From a virus (Duplodnaviria > Heunggongvirae > Uroviricota > Caudoviricetes), in the IMG/VR virus record IMGVR_UViG_3300006143_000348: DNA of 64,000 bases. The stretch is one strand, 5' to 3'. Under the pieces are notes generated by a model. That model worked only from the letters and a program-made list of their open reading frames with translations. It was not told where the DNA came from and did no database searches. Of the stretch, positions 18,570 through 27,565 are shown piece after piece; positions within the stretch are counted from its first letter, which is position 1; each line of letters begins with the position of its first letter. The position numbers and the translations under genes are program-made.

Positions 18570-19491
18570 GATGGTAAAAATAACCCAGGAGTGCTTAGAA
18601 CAGTGCCAGAAAGAGTTTATGGAAGCGCTGTCCGGGGGCAAGTTCCCGGACGGGAAGGTAACATTTACGAAAACCCTGGGGACGCTGAATAGGAAAGCAC
18701 GGGTACTTTTTAAGGAATTGGCGTGGCTGAAAATGCAGACGCTGATTCGCGAGTTCGATAAGGAAGTGGCATGGCATGGCATAGCTTGCCGGGGAGACGA
18801 ACCGGACACCTATTATATCACAGATATCCTGGTGTATCCGCAGGAAGTTACGGGCGCGACGGTCACAACAGACCAGGAAAAATACCAGATGTGGCTTATG
18901 GGGCACGACGACGACATCTTCAACAACATCAGGATGCAGGGGCATTCCCATGTGAATATGGGTGTTTCGCCTTCGTCTGTGGATACTTCCCTGTATGACC
19001 GTCTGCTTGAACAGCTTGATGACGACATGTTCTATATCTTCATGATTTGGAACAAGAGGAAAGACAGGATGGTTAAGATTTATGACCTGAAAACCAATGT
19101 GCTTTTTGAGACGGAGGACGTAAGCATCGAAGTAGTAGCTGACGAAGACGGGATTGAAAAGTTCCTTAAAAATGCGCGGGAGATGGTGGTAAACAGGCCT
19201 GTGGTCAGCTATGGGCATGGATACCCTGCGAACTTATCGAGATACGATACGCGGTATGGCTTACATTCCGGGGCGTTCGCAGGTTCTCCAAAAAACGGGG
19301 GCAGCACGCCGGGAAAAACGCAAGCCCTTACGGAGTCCAAAGATAAAAAGAAAAAAGGGAGACGTAAGGGCAGGCGTAAAGATGGGTACGGGAAGAATAG
19401 CAACGTAGGCAAGGCAGGCATCTGTACGGACGATGTGGATGTGCTGGACGAGCAGCTCTATGAAAGCCTGTACATGCGTGACTATCATTAA
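18562..19491 (+). CDS. JAB/MPN (JAMM) metalloprotease-domain protein
   Basis: 'GHSHVNMGVSPSSVD' fits the JAMM signature HxH-x7-S-x2-D, with an upstream Glu. The start at ATG 18562 has GAGGAGG 7 nt upstream. The track ORF starts at 18532. Lys/Arg-rich C-terminal tail. Confidence 0.8.
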   Translation: MSKMVKITQECLEQCQKEFMEALSGGKFPDGKVTFTKTLGTLNRKARVLFKELAWLKMQTLIREFDKEVAWHGIACRGDEPDTYYITDILVYPQEVTGATVTTDQEKYQMWLMGHDDDIFNNIRMQGHSHVNMGVSPSSVDTSLYDRLLEQLDDDMFYIFMIWNKRKDRMVKIYDLKTNVLFETEDVSIEVVADEDGIEKFLKNAREMVVNRPVVSYGHGYPANLSRYDTRYGLHSGAFAGSPKNGGSTPGKTQALTESKDKKKKGRRKGRRKDGYGKNSNVGKAGICTDDVDVLDEQLYESLYMRDYH

Positions 19492-19507
19492 AATATAAGG
19501 GTGGGTG

Positions 19508-20017
19508 ATGTATATGACGAGAGAAGCATTTCTTGAAGTGGTTAATACATGGTCGGAATTGATAAGCCTGTGCGAAGAATATGACTGTGATGAGTGCGCC
19601 CGTGTCCGTGATACAGAGATGTACGATGATTATATGAACAGTGAGCTGTTCAATAGAGTAAGAGACGAGATTGACTGGGAAGATATAAAATCATGGCTTG
19701 AGGACGCTCCACAGGGATACGATTATTACGATTACGATGAAGTATATGACCGGTTTAGTGGCTTAGACGAGGAGGATTTTAGGAGGTATAAAGGATATGT
19801 GCTTAGCTGGATGGAAAATGAGGGGGTGTTTGAAGAAGAGGAGGATGAATATGACGAGGAAACCGATGATGAAGCCGATGAGGATACGTCCCTCCAAGAA
19901 TATGAACCAGATTATGAGTGTGAGCCGCCAGAAGAGCCGGTTTCCATTGGGGAATTGTTCAGGTTGTGCAACGCTGAGATGGCGGAGGCAGGCATGAGAG
20001 CCGTGAAAACCAATTAG
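19508..20017 (+). CDS. Highly acidic hypothetical protein (about 169 aa; possible DNA-mimic/anti-restriction-type)
   Basis: Runs such as 'EEEEDEYDEETDDEADED'. D/E residues are abundant by eye. The start is ambiguous among GTG 19505, ATG 19508 and ATG 19514. Confidence 0.65.
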   Translation: MYMTREAFLEVVNTWSELISLCEEYDCDECARVRDTEMYDDYMNSELFNRVRDEIDWEDIKSWLEDAPQGYDYYDYDEVYDRFSGLDEEDFRRYKGYVLSWMENEGVFEEEEDEYDEETDDEADEDTSLQEYEPDYECEPPEEPVSIGELFRLCNAEMAEAGMRAVKTN

Positions 20018-20035
20018 GTGTGTAAGCGGAAAGCT

Positions 20036-20098
20036 GAGGGTCAAATTTGACCCTCAGGCCTAAGAAACGTTTGTGATTGCTGGTAGGGGTCACTAAAA
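20036..20098. terminator. Two strong hairpins: CTGAGGGTCAAA/TTTGACCCTCAG (12-bp palindrome) and GGGGTCAC-N8-GTGACCCC. Likely a bidirectional terminator or binding sites.
   Basis: Seen in the sequence between the acidic protein gene and the Uma2 gene. Confidence 0.45.
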
Positions 20099-20176
20099 TG
20101 GTGACCCCCTGGCGGAAAATGATTCTTCCTAAATTCAGCGAAATATGATATAGTGGCAAATAAGGAGGTGCTTAGT

Positions 20177-20731
20177 ATGGGATTAGCTGAATTTGAACGA
20201 AGAAAAGATGAAAAAATTGACGGAGTGATATATGATATGTCACCATCTCCAGGATATCGGCATTGCATTATCAATGGTAATATTTATACTATAATTAGGC
20301 AAGGATTAAAAAGCAGCATATGCCTTGTGTCTATGGAAAACTTGGATTTTAAATACCATCCTGATATAAATGATGATTACTTATGTCCAGATATCATGGT
20401 TATGTGCGACCGGAAACATTTAAAGGGCGGAGCCTACAGTGGCGTCCCCAAGTTCATCGCTGAAACATTAAGCCATTCGACAGCGAAGAGAGACAGGACG
20501 GAAAAGAAAGATATCTATGAAAAGGCGGGCGTGGAAGAATACTGGATTGTTTCGCCGCAGGGGTCTTTAGAAATCTATTTCTTGCAGGATGGGAAATATA
20601 TACTGGAACAGAACTATATGCTCCAAAACGACAAGGAAGACGATGAGTATAATGCAGAGATAGAAATATGTCTCAGGGAATTCCCACATATCAAGATGAC
20701 ATTAGGAGAAATTTTTGAGGGAATCGAATAA
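20177..20731 (+). CDS. Uma2-family (DUF820) PD-(D/E)xK endonuclease
   Basis: 'MSPSPGYRHCII', 'PDIMVM', 'FIAETLSHSTAKRDRTEKKDIYEKAGVEEYWIVSP' match the Uma2 family signature. The start at ATG 20177 has AAGGAGG 7 nt upstream. The track start 20153 contains the SD sequence. Confidence 0.85.
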   Translation: MGLAEFERRKDEKIDGVIYDMSPSPGYRHCIINGNIYTIIRQGLKSSICLVSMENLDFKYHPDINDDYLCPDIMVMCDRKHLKGGAYSGVPKFIAETLSHSTAKRDRTEKKDIYEKAGVEEYWIVSPQGSLEIYFLQDGKYILEQNYMLQNDKEDDEYNAEIEICLREFPHIKMTLGEIFEGIE

Positions 20732-20794
20732 AATACAATTCCTGAATTAGTAAGAAGGTATTGCTTAATCATCTATTTTGATGGTTTTGCAATG

Positions 20795-20945
20795 CCTTTT
20801 TTATGAATGAAGGATTGAGGTTGTCATCAGCCTAAAAAGATATATCTACCGTTGGAACGACGGAAAGTTACGCCTGTGGAGATGGAGGTTACGAAGTCGA
20901 TGAAGCAGGAATCTCACGACTTCATTCGTGAGAGGTTCAATTTGC
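20795..20945 (+). repeat. About 150-bp conserved non-coding element (copy 1 of 3; others at 38238-38390 and, partially, 38850-38920)
   Basis: About 90% identical to 38238-38385. Contains GGTTACGAAGTCGATGAAGCAGGAA followed by a hairpin (CTCACGA-cttcat-TCGTGAG). In the third copy the hairpin sequence differs but base-pairing is kept (CCCACCGAGC-ttta-GCTCGTGGG). Confidence 0.6.
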
Positions 20946-21047
20946 GGAAAATTTGATTCAGGGTAAGAAACTGGCAGGTCATGCAGACATGGTGCCCAGA
21001 CTGGGGAATTAACGAAAAATGAAAATAATACAAGGGGAAAGGTAGAT

Positions 21048-21770
21048 TTGGAAGAGATTAATATTTTTAGTAATGAGGAGTTTGGTGAAATTAGGACGGT
21101 AATTATTGATGGAGAGCCGTGGCTTGTAGGAAAGGATGTAGCGTTGGCGTTGGGATATTCTGAGCCGAGAAGTGCTGTTTCAAAAAGAGTAGATAAAGAA
21201 GATAGAGGTGTTGCCAAAACGGCAACACCATCGGGGATACAGGAAATGACCATCATTAATGAATCTGGTTTGTACGCCCTTATCTTTGGAAGCAGGCTTG
21301 AATCCGCGAAGCGTTTCAAGCACTGGGTGACATCCGAAGTTCTCCCTGCAATCCGCAAAACAGGCAGGTATATTGCACCATCTGAGGGCACGATGGAATC
21401 TATGTTCGAAGCCATGAGCTGTGATATGAAAATGGTTTATGAGCAGATGAACAAATTTGATGAGCGGATGGAAAGCGTAGAATCCATGATGCAGGAACAG
21501 TCAGGGAAATTAAACCAGGTAGTAGACAATATGACTCTGACAACCAGACAGCAACAGCGGATTTATAAAGCAGCGAAAGATAGAATCAACCATCTGCTCG
21601 GCGGCGCACATTCTGAGGAATATAAAAGCCGTTCTAAAAGCTACTTCATTAACTTATGGAACGGTCTAAAAGCAGAGTTCGAGTGCGGCGGGTCGTATAA
21701 GGACTTGAATCATGTCTATTTCGATGCTGCGCTGGGGTATATTGGGTCGTGGCGGTATGTAGAAACATAG
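21048..21770 (+). CDS. Bro-N + ORF6C antirepressor paralog
   Basis: 'MEEINIFSNEEFGEIRTVIIDGEPWLVGKDVALALGY' is Bro-N. The C-terminal ORF6C region is near-identical to 10914..11678. Confidence 0.85.
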   Translation: MEEINIFSNEEFGEIRTVIIDGEPWLVGKDVALALGYSEPRSAVSKRVDKEDRGVAKTATPSGIQEMTIINESGLYALIFGSRLESAKRFKHWVTSEVLPAIRKTGRYIAPSEGTMESMFEAMSCDMKMVYEQMNKFDERMESVESMMQEQSGKLNQVVDNMTLTTRQQQRIYKAAKDRINHLLGGAHSEEYKSRSKSYFINLWNGLKAEFECGGSYKDLNHVYFDAALGYIGSWRYVET

Positions 21771-21835
21771 TCGGGAATTTAAGAACATTTGTACGATATT
21801 GGTATTGACATAGCACGGGGGTTGTGGTAGGATAG

Positions 21836-22102
21836 TGCAAACGGATGTTTGAAATGGTTTTTTGAAAAAAAGTACAGCCGAGCTGCAACTCGACTGTACG
21901 GGTATTACTAATTAGTCGGCAATCACTCCGACTCACACTAAGAAAAAATGAGGTTGCATGAACAACAACCACAACTTTATTCAATGAACAAGCACAAACA
22001 AACTTGTTCGTATCTAGTATGCCACGAAATGCACAGAAAGTCAACAGGGAAATTCTGAAAATATCAAGTTGATTTTAAAAGCTCACCGCAAGGTGGGCTT
22101 TT
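21836..22102 (+). ncRNA. Candidate structured RNA / long leader (copy B), downstream of the promoter at 21805-21833 (TTGACA-N17-TAGGAT), with terminator GCTCACC-GCAA-GGTGGGC + T4 at 22081-22102
   Basis: Same hairpin set as copy A, with loop and sequence differences that preserve the stems. Confidence 0.35.
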
Positions 22103-22143
22103 GATATATATGTACAGAATAAAAGGAAATTGTAGAATCGAAC

Positions 22144-22179
22144 TGTCGCAAATTTGCGACATATTTCAAGATAAAAAAA
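22144..22179. promoter_or_regulatory. 16-bp perfect palindrome GTCGCAAATTTGCGAC followed by the 'TTCAAGATAAAAAAA' motif (candidate operator/promoter element of the antirepressor genes)
   Basis: Related palindromes sit at 23060-23082 (GGGGGTCGCAAATCGCGACCCCC) and 12871-12890. The TCAAGATAAAAA motif recurs at 12120, 12729, 12896, 22165, 23084 and 46033. Confidence 0.4.
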
Positions 22180-22318
22180 TTTGGGATGTGAGAATTTTCG
22201 CGAGTTAAACCAAGAGGGTGAAATCCGCCCGCTTGGTTTAGAAATGTCGTAGGGTAAAACATGGCAAAAGGGTATTTGGCTGGGAACTAACGAAAATAAT
22301 TTAGGAGGGAAAGTAGAT

Positions 22319-23023
22319 TTGGAAGGGATTGAGATTTTTAGCAACCAGGAATTTGGTGAAATTAGAACGGTGGTTATTGATGGTGAGCCGTGGTTTGTGG
22401 GGAAGGATGTAGCGTTGGCGTTGGGGTATGAGAAGCCGAGAAATGCCATAGCTACACATGTTGATGTAGAGGATAAAAAGGGAGCCCCGATTCAGGGCTC
22501 CCCTGGGGGAACACAGGAAATGATTGTCATTAACGAATCTGGAATGTACGCTCTGATTTTTGGAAGCAAACTTGAATCCGCGAAACGTTTCAAGCACTGG
22601 GTGACATCCGAAGTTCTCCCTGCAATCCGTAAAACAGGCAGGTATATTGCACCATCTGAGGGTACGATGGAATCTATGTTTGAAGCTATGAGCTGCGATA
22701 TGAAAATGGTTTATGAACAGATGGGCAATATAGAATCTATGATGCAAGAACAGTCAGGAAAATTGAACCAGGTAGTAGACAACATGACTCTGACAACCAG
22801 ACAGCAACAGCGGATTTATAAAGCAGCGAAAGACAGAATCAACCATCTGCTCGGCGGCGCACATTCTGAGGAATATAAGAGCTGTTCTAAAAGTTACTTC
22901 ATTAACTTATGGAATGGGTTAAAAGCAGAGTTTGACTGTGGCGGTTCGTATAAGGACTTAAACCCTGTCTATTTCGATGCCGCGCTGGGGTACATCGGGT
23001 CGTGGCGGTATGTGGAAACATAG
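22319..23023 (+). CDS. Bro-N + ORF6C antirepressor paralog
   Basis: Full-length counterpart of the truncated 12269..12721. AGGAGGG RBS. Confidence 0.85.
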   Translation: MEGIEIFSNQEFGEIRTVVIDGEPWFVGKDVALALGYEKPRNAIATHVDVEDKKGAPIQGSPGGTQEMIVINESGMYALIFGSKLESAKRFKHWVTSEVLPAIRKTGRYIAPSEGTMESMFEAMSCDMKMVYEQMGNIESMMQEQSGKLNQVVDNMTLTTRQQQRIYKAAKDRINHLLGGAHSEEYKSCSKSYFINLWNGLKAEFDCGGSYKDLNPVYFDAALGYIGSWRYVET

Positions 23024-23099
23024 TCGGGAAATAACTTAATTTCAGTCTGAGTAGCAAAGGGGGTCGCAAATCGCGACCCCCTTTCAAGATAAAAATAAA

Positions 23100-23819
23100 A
23101 TGAAAGAGGTATTCACAGTGGAAAATGTAGCATTAATTCAGGGGACGGAATTACAGATTAAAGAGTATCAGGGGAACAGGGTTGTGACGTTTAAGGATGT
23201 TGACAGAGTTCACCAGAGGCCGGATGGGACGGCAAGAAGGCGGTTCAACGATAATAGGAGGCGATTTCTTGAGGGGACTGATTACTTTAAAGTTTGTGCG
23301 TCCGAAATTCGGACGCACAACATTATGGACATATCAAGCAAAGCACATGAAGATATGACCCTCCTTACTGAAAGCGGCTATCTCATGTTAGTAAAGTCTT
23401 TTACTGACGACTTAGCTTGGAAAGTCCAGAGGGATTTGGTGAACACATACTTCAAGATGAAAGAAGTAGTAGAATCCGCCACCCCGGAGGAAACAGGAAT
23501 GGTTCTCACGCAAGAGGGTTTTGCAGATGCAGTCCATGCACTGACTGGGTGTGCAAGCATATTCCAGTCGATGCTCGACTACTCCACAATCAACTATAAG
23601 CAACAGCAGGAACTTTTACAGGCGGCAAGGCGGCGGGTAAGCCACCTTCTCGGCGGGGCACATTCGGACAGGTACAGGCAGTCGTCCAGGATATACTTCA
23701 GGAATCTCTGGCAGGATTTCTGCGAGTACTTCTCTTGCGGCTCCTACCGGGATTTAAACCCGCAGTATATGGTAGATGACGCTGCGGCAAGGTGGATTTC
23801 GGAGTGGTCATATGGCTGA
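23100..23819 (+). CDS. ORF6N(KilA-N-like)-ORF6C antirepressor-like protein (copy B of 12912..13628)
   Basis: Near-identical to copy A except for a divergent segment ('FKVCASEIRTHNIMDISSKAHEDMT' vs 'FKITPSEFRTAIGDMDLRQQNNVT'). Confidence 0.85.
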   Translation: MKEVFTVENVALIQGTELQIKEYQGNRVVTFKDVDRVHQRPDGTARRRFNDNRRRFLEGTDYFKVCASEIRTHNIMDISSKAHEDMTLLTESGYLMLVKSFTDDLAWKVQRDLVNTYFKMKEVVESATPEETGMVLTQEGFADAVHALTGCASIFQSMLDYSTINYKQQQELLQAARRRVSHLLGGAHSDRYRQSSRIYFRNLWQDFCEYFSCGSYRDLNPQYMVDDAAARWISEWSYG

Positions 23820-24093
23820 TAATGCAAGGGCTGGGTGCTTAGATATCCAGGGAGATAACAGGAGGGTTTTTGTGGGCAGAAGAGAATATGCAAAACGCAG
23901 CAAGCGGGGTAAACGCCTCAGGATGTTAAAGCAGCGGCTTGTGGCGATAGAAATATTGCTTATATGCGTGCTTATCACTGTGTGGGAGTTCGAGGGCAAC
24001 AACGGAATCCCCTGCGACATGTGCGGGACTATCCTCATCGCGGTGCTTGCTTTGTACTTGCTTTTTACGAAGGAGTGCTGGGTTTATGACTGA
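23812..24093 (+). CDS. Small membrane protein (copy B of 13621..13902)
   Basis: Same two hydrophobic helices. The start overlaps the upstream stop. GTG 23872 is an alternative start. Confidence 0.5.
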   Translation: MADNARAGCLDIQGDNRRVFVGRREYAKRSKRGKRLRMLKQRLVAIEILLICVLITVWEFEGNNGIPCDMCGTILIAVLALYLLFTKECWVYD

Positions 24094-24210
24094 GGGAAAT
24101 GACTGCTATAAGCGATGAGGGAGTCCATTCGGTGGACATCCCCTTTGGAGCACAGAAACGACAATTATGGACGAGCTACGGAAACATTATTGCTTAGAGA
24201 GGAGAAATTA

Positions 24211-24980
24211 GTGGAAGTAATTGAGATTTTTTTTAGCAATGAAAAATTCGGGGAAATCAGGGCGGTAATCACCGATGGCGAGCCGTGGTTTGTGGGGAAA
24301 GATGTGGCGACGGCGTTGGGATATAAAGACGCAAAAAAGCTTTAAAAGTTCATGTTGATGAAGAGGATAGACAGTTAATCCAAAGGGGGCAAACCGCCCC
24401 CTTAGAAATCCCGAATCGTGGAATGACCATCATTAACGAATCTGGCTTGTATGCCCTTATATTTGGAAGCAAACTTGAATCTGCTAGGCGTTTCAAACAC
24501 TGGGTAACATCCGAAGTTCTCCCTGCAATCCGCAAAACAGGCAGGTATATTGCACCATCTGAGGGGACGATGGAATCTATGTTTGAAGCTATGAGCTGTG
24601 ATATGAAAATGGTTTATGAACGAATGAGCAATATAGAAAGTAAAATTGATGAGCGGATGGAAAGCGTAGAATCCATGATGCAGGAACAGTCAGCTATGAT
24701 GCAGGAACAGTCAGGAAAATTGAACCAGGTAGTAGACAACATGACTCTGACAACCAGACAGCAACAGCGGATTTATAAAGCAGCGAAAGACAGAATCAAC
24801 CATCTGCTCGGCGGCGCACATTCTGAGGAATATAAGAGCTGTTCTAAAAGTTACTTCATTAACTTATGGAATGGGTTAAAAGCAGAGTTTGACTGTGGCG
24901 GTTCGTATAAGGACTTAAACCCTGTCTATTTCGATGCCGCGCTGGGGTACATCGGGTCGTGGCGATATGTAGAAACATAA
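24211..24980 (+). pseudogene. Bro-N + ORF6C antirepressor paralog disrupted by a frameshift (track ORFs 24115..24345 and 24423..24980)
   Basis: The N-terminal part (VEVIEIFFSNEKFGEIRAVITDGEPWFVGKDVATALGYKD) ends at 'AKKL*' inside an A-run. The +1 frame then continues KVHVDEEDRQLIQRGQTAPLEIPNRGMTIINESGLY.... Intact paralogs read straight through. Confidence 0.6.
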
Positions 24981-25062
24981 GAGGAAAATAGAGACAACGA
25001 ATTTCGTCCCATCAAACGTGTAAAATAATTCACTTAGGAATCATAAAGGAGGATGTAAAATT

Positions 25063-25734
25063 ATGGATTTAAGCAAATCATATGAGTTTTTCCAGCCAGA
25101 AAAGGACAATGCGAGGATACATATCGTGGGGTGTGGTTCGGTCGGTTCCACGATTGCTGAAAACCTGGCGCGCTGCGGTGTAACAAAGATGACACTGTGG
25201 GACTTCGATAAGGTGGAAAACCACAATATCGTGAACCAGATGTTTAACCAGAATGATGTAGGGAAGCTTAAAGTCGAGGCGCTGAAAGATATGCTGGTAG
25301 ACATCAATCCAGAAATAGCGGATGGCATTGATATGAAGCCGGAGGGATGGCAGGGGAAAATGATGTCCGGCTATATCTTCCTGTGTGTGGACAGCATCGA
25401 ACTGCGCAGGGAAATTGTTGAAAAGCATATGGACAGCCCATATGTGAAAGCGGTCTTTGACTTCAGGACGCTCTTGGAAAGCGCACAGCACTATGCCGCT
25501 GACTGGTCAGACTATAAGATGAAGAAAGACCTGCTGAACTCCATGCAGTTCTCCCATGATGAAGCGAAGGAGGAAACCCCGGTGTCTGCCTGCGGAGTGA
25601 CGCTTGGCGTGGCTACGACAGTCCGTCTGGTCTGTGCGCTTGGAGTAAACAACTACATCAATTTTGTCAAAGGCAACGGTATTAAGAAGCTGGTTTTAAT
25701 AGACGGATTTGGTTTTGATTTGATGGCGTTTTAG
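25063..25734 (+). CDS. E1-like / ThiF-MoeB-family adenylyltransferase (Rossmann nucleotide-binding domain only, 223 aa)
   Basis: 'IHIVGCGSVGSTIAENLARCGVTKMTLWDFDKVENHNIVNQ' matches the ThiF/E1 GxGxxG plus 'D.D.V..SNL.RQ' signature. AAAGGAGGA RBS. No CxxC Zn motif. Confidence 0.85.
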   Translation: MDLSKSYEFFQPEKDNARIHIVGCGSVGSTIAENLARCGVTKMTLWDFDKVENHNIVNQMFNQNDVGKLKVEALKDMLVDINPEIADGIDMKPEGWQGKMMSGYIFLCVDSIELRREIVEKHMDSPYVKAVFDFRTLLESAQHYAADWSDYKMKKDLLNSMQFSHDEAKEETPVSACGVTLGVATTVRLVCALGVNNYINFVKGNGIKKLVLIDGFGFDLMAF

Positions 25735-26080
25735 GGGATGGGCGCTTAAAGCGCCCTCACATAAGCATGTAATGAAATTTATCTCCAAGAGGTAGCTCCT
25801 TACTGTTAGTGGGAGTAACAATTTGATAGAAAGGCCAGGGAGGTATCCCACGGCTGCCAAAAGGGTTTTAAATCCTGGTACAAGATTGGCAGGTGGTTCA
25901 AAAAAAAATCCGACAGTAGCGAATGAGTAAGCAGCTTGATTGGTAAAAGTACTGTCCCACAGTCTTTCTTATCATCAAATCATTTCGGAGCCTCTACCCT
26001 CCCCAGGGTGACCGAAGGGTTCCAAAGACATCATCATAATACATGAGATTACATGCTTTTCATAGAAAGGAAGGTGCAGT
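25735..26080 (+). other. 346-nt ORF-free leader upstream of the reverse transcriptase; candidate ncRNA (retron msr/msd-like or DRT ncRNA)
   Basis: Contains hairpin CTCC-ttACTGTTAGTG-GGAG with the 'GTAACAATTTGATAGAAAGG' motif. There is an imperfect long-range inverted repeat, ACTGT..TGGGA (about 25800) against TCCCA.CAGT (about 25950). Related motif copies sit at 27300-27330 and 28245-28262. Confidence 0.35.
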
Positions 26081-27220
26081 ATGTTCTATATTACAGTTAA
26101 GCAGTCGCCAATGTATCATCAAATGACATTGGAAGAGTTTCTGTTTAATACAGAAGTTAAAAGTACATGTATTAATCCAAATATGACCAATACACGTACA
26201 TACGAAATAGCGGAAATCAGTGAAAGGTTTTTAGGGACGGTAGATGTAAGGAAATTGATAGCAAAGCTTGTCCAGTTCAATGATTCCGTCGCAGAATTAA
26301 AGAGCGCTCCAAGACATGAGCTTTACCATACGTTCCATATCCCGAAGAAGAGCGGAGGGTTAAGGAAGATTGACGCCCCGAATGCAGAATTAATGGATGC
26401 GCTGAGACGGCTGAAAACCATTTTCGAGGAAGATTTCAAAGCCTTGTACCATACGTCCGCATTCGCATATGTGAAACACCGCAGCACCTTAGATGCTGTG
26501 AAGAGACACCAGGCGAATGCAAGCAGGTGGTTTGGGAAATACGACCTTTCCAATTTCTTCGGGAGCACGACTCTGGAATATGTAATGCATATGCTCGGGA
26601 TGGTTTTCCCATTTTCGGAGGTACTGAAGCAGGGGATTGGGAGAAGCGCATTAAGCGATGCACTGGAGCTTGCATTCCTTGATGGGGCTTTGCCGCAGGG
26701 GACGCCATTATCCCCGCTGCTTACTAACATCATAATGATTCCGGTGGATTTCAAGCTGGCAAACACATTAAGGGAATATAATCATCAGCGGTTTGTTTAT
26801 ACAAGGTACGCTGATGATTTTTTAGTTTCATCCAGATACCAGTTCAGCTTCCGGGAGATTGAGGCACTGATAATATCGACGCTCGCTGATTTTGGCGCGC
26901 CGTTTACCATTAATCCAGGGAAGACCCGGTATGGGTCATCCGCGGGTTCAAACTGGAACCTTGGAGTGATGCTGAACAAAGACAATCAGATTACCGTGGG
27001 ATACAAAAAGAAACGGCAGTTCCAGGCGATGCTGGCATCGTATGTCATGGACAGGAGGAATGGGACGCCCTGGGATAAGACGGACATCCGGGTAATGGAA
27101 GGATACAGGAACTACTATAGGATGATTGAGAAAGAAACCATTGACGCTATGGTAAAACATGTTGGCGATAAATTTGGCGTTGATATCGTGGCGTTAATTA
27201 AGACAGATTTGAAAATCTGA
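26081..27220 (+). CDS. Reverse transcriptase (retron/Abi/DRT-type, 379 aa)
   Basis: RT motifs: 'IPKKSGGLRKI' (motifs 1/2), 'FGKYDLSNFFGS' (A), 'LPQGTPLSPLLTNI' (B), 'YTRYADDFLV' (C, YADD). No maturase or endonuclease domain. AAAGGAAGG RBS. Confidence 0.9.
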   Translation: MFYITVKQSPMYHQMTLEEFLFNTEVKSTCINPNMTNTRTYEIAEISERFLGTVDVRKLIAKLVQFNDSVAELKSAPRHELYHTFHIPKKSGGLRKIDAPNAELMDALRRLKTIFEEDFKALYHTSAFAYVKHRSTLDAVKRHQANASRWFGKYDLSNFFGSTTLEYVMHMLGMVFPFSEVLKQGIGRSALSDALELAFLDGALPQGTPLSPLLTNIIMIPVDFKLANTLREYNHQRFVYTRYADDFLVSSRYQFSFREIEALIISTLADFGAPFTINPGKTRYGSSAGSNWNLGVMLNKDNQITVGYKKKRQFQAMLASYVMDRRNGTPWDKTDIRVMEGYRNYYRMIEKETIDAMVKHVGDKFGVDIVALIKTDLKI

Positions 27221-27565
27221 GTTCGCGATATATAAGAACTTTAAAGAATCGAAGAGTCTTCCGCTGCAATGATATTATATCTGTTTTTGGATATGCTCCT
27301 AGCTGTCAGCGGGATGTAACAATTTGATGAAAAGGGAAATAAGCAGCCTAGGGAACCGAGTCCGGTGTAAGGTCATGGCAACAGATGCCGAAATCCACGG
27401 AAATTTGATTAAAACGCAGTATATTAGACTGAAAGGTACTGTATTACAAAGGTTGCAGAAGATAGTAATCAGCAGAAACGTCAGCTAAGTCAGGCTGCTC
27501 GCCTCCAGATTGGCCTTTTACTAAAGTAGTATTCCCCACTAGATTGCTTGGAGGACTCTGAAAAA

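Noticed and set aside
20795-20945. Hammerhead ribozyme in the 150-bp element (a CTGATGA box is present on the minus strand)
   Set aside because: No correctly spaced GAAA and stem II/III arrangement follows the CUGAUGA box.
26081-27220. Diversity-generating retroelement (DGR) RT
   Set aside because: No near-identical TR/VR pair with adenine-specific differences was found nearby. The repeated leader motifs differ at all bases and are short. A retron, Abi or DRT-type placement seems more likely, but this remains unverified.
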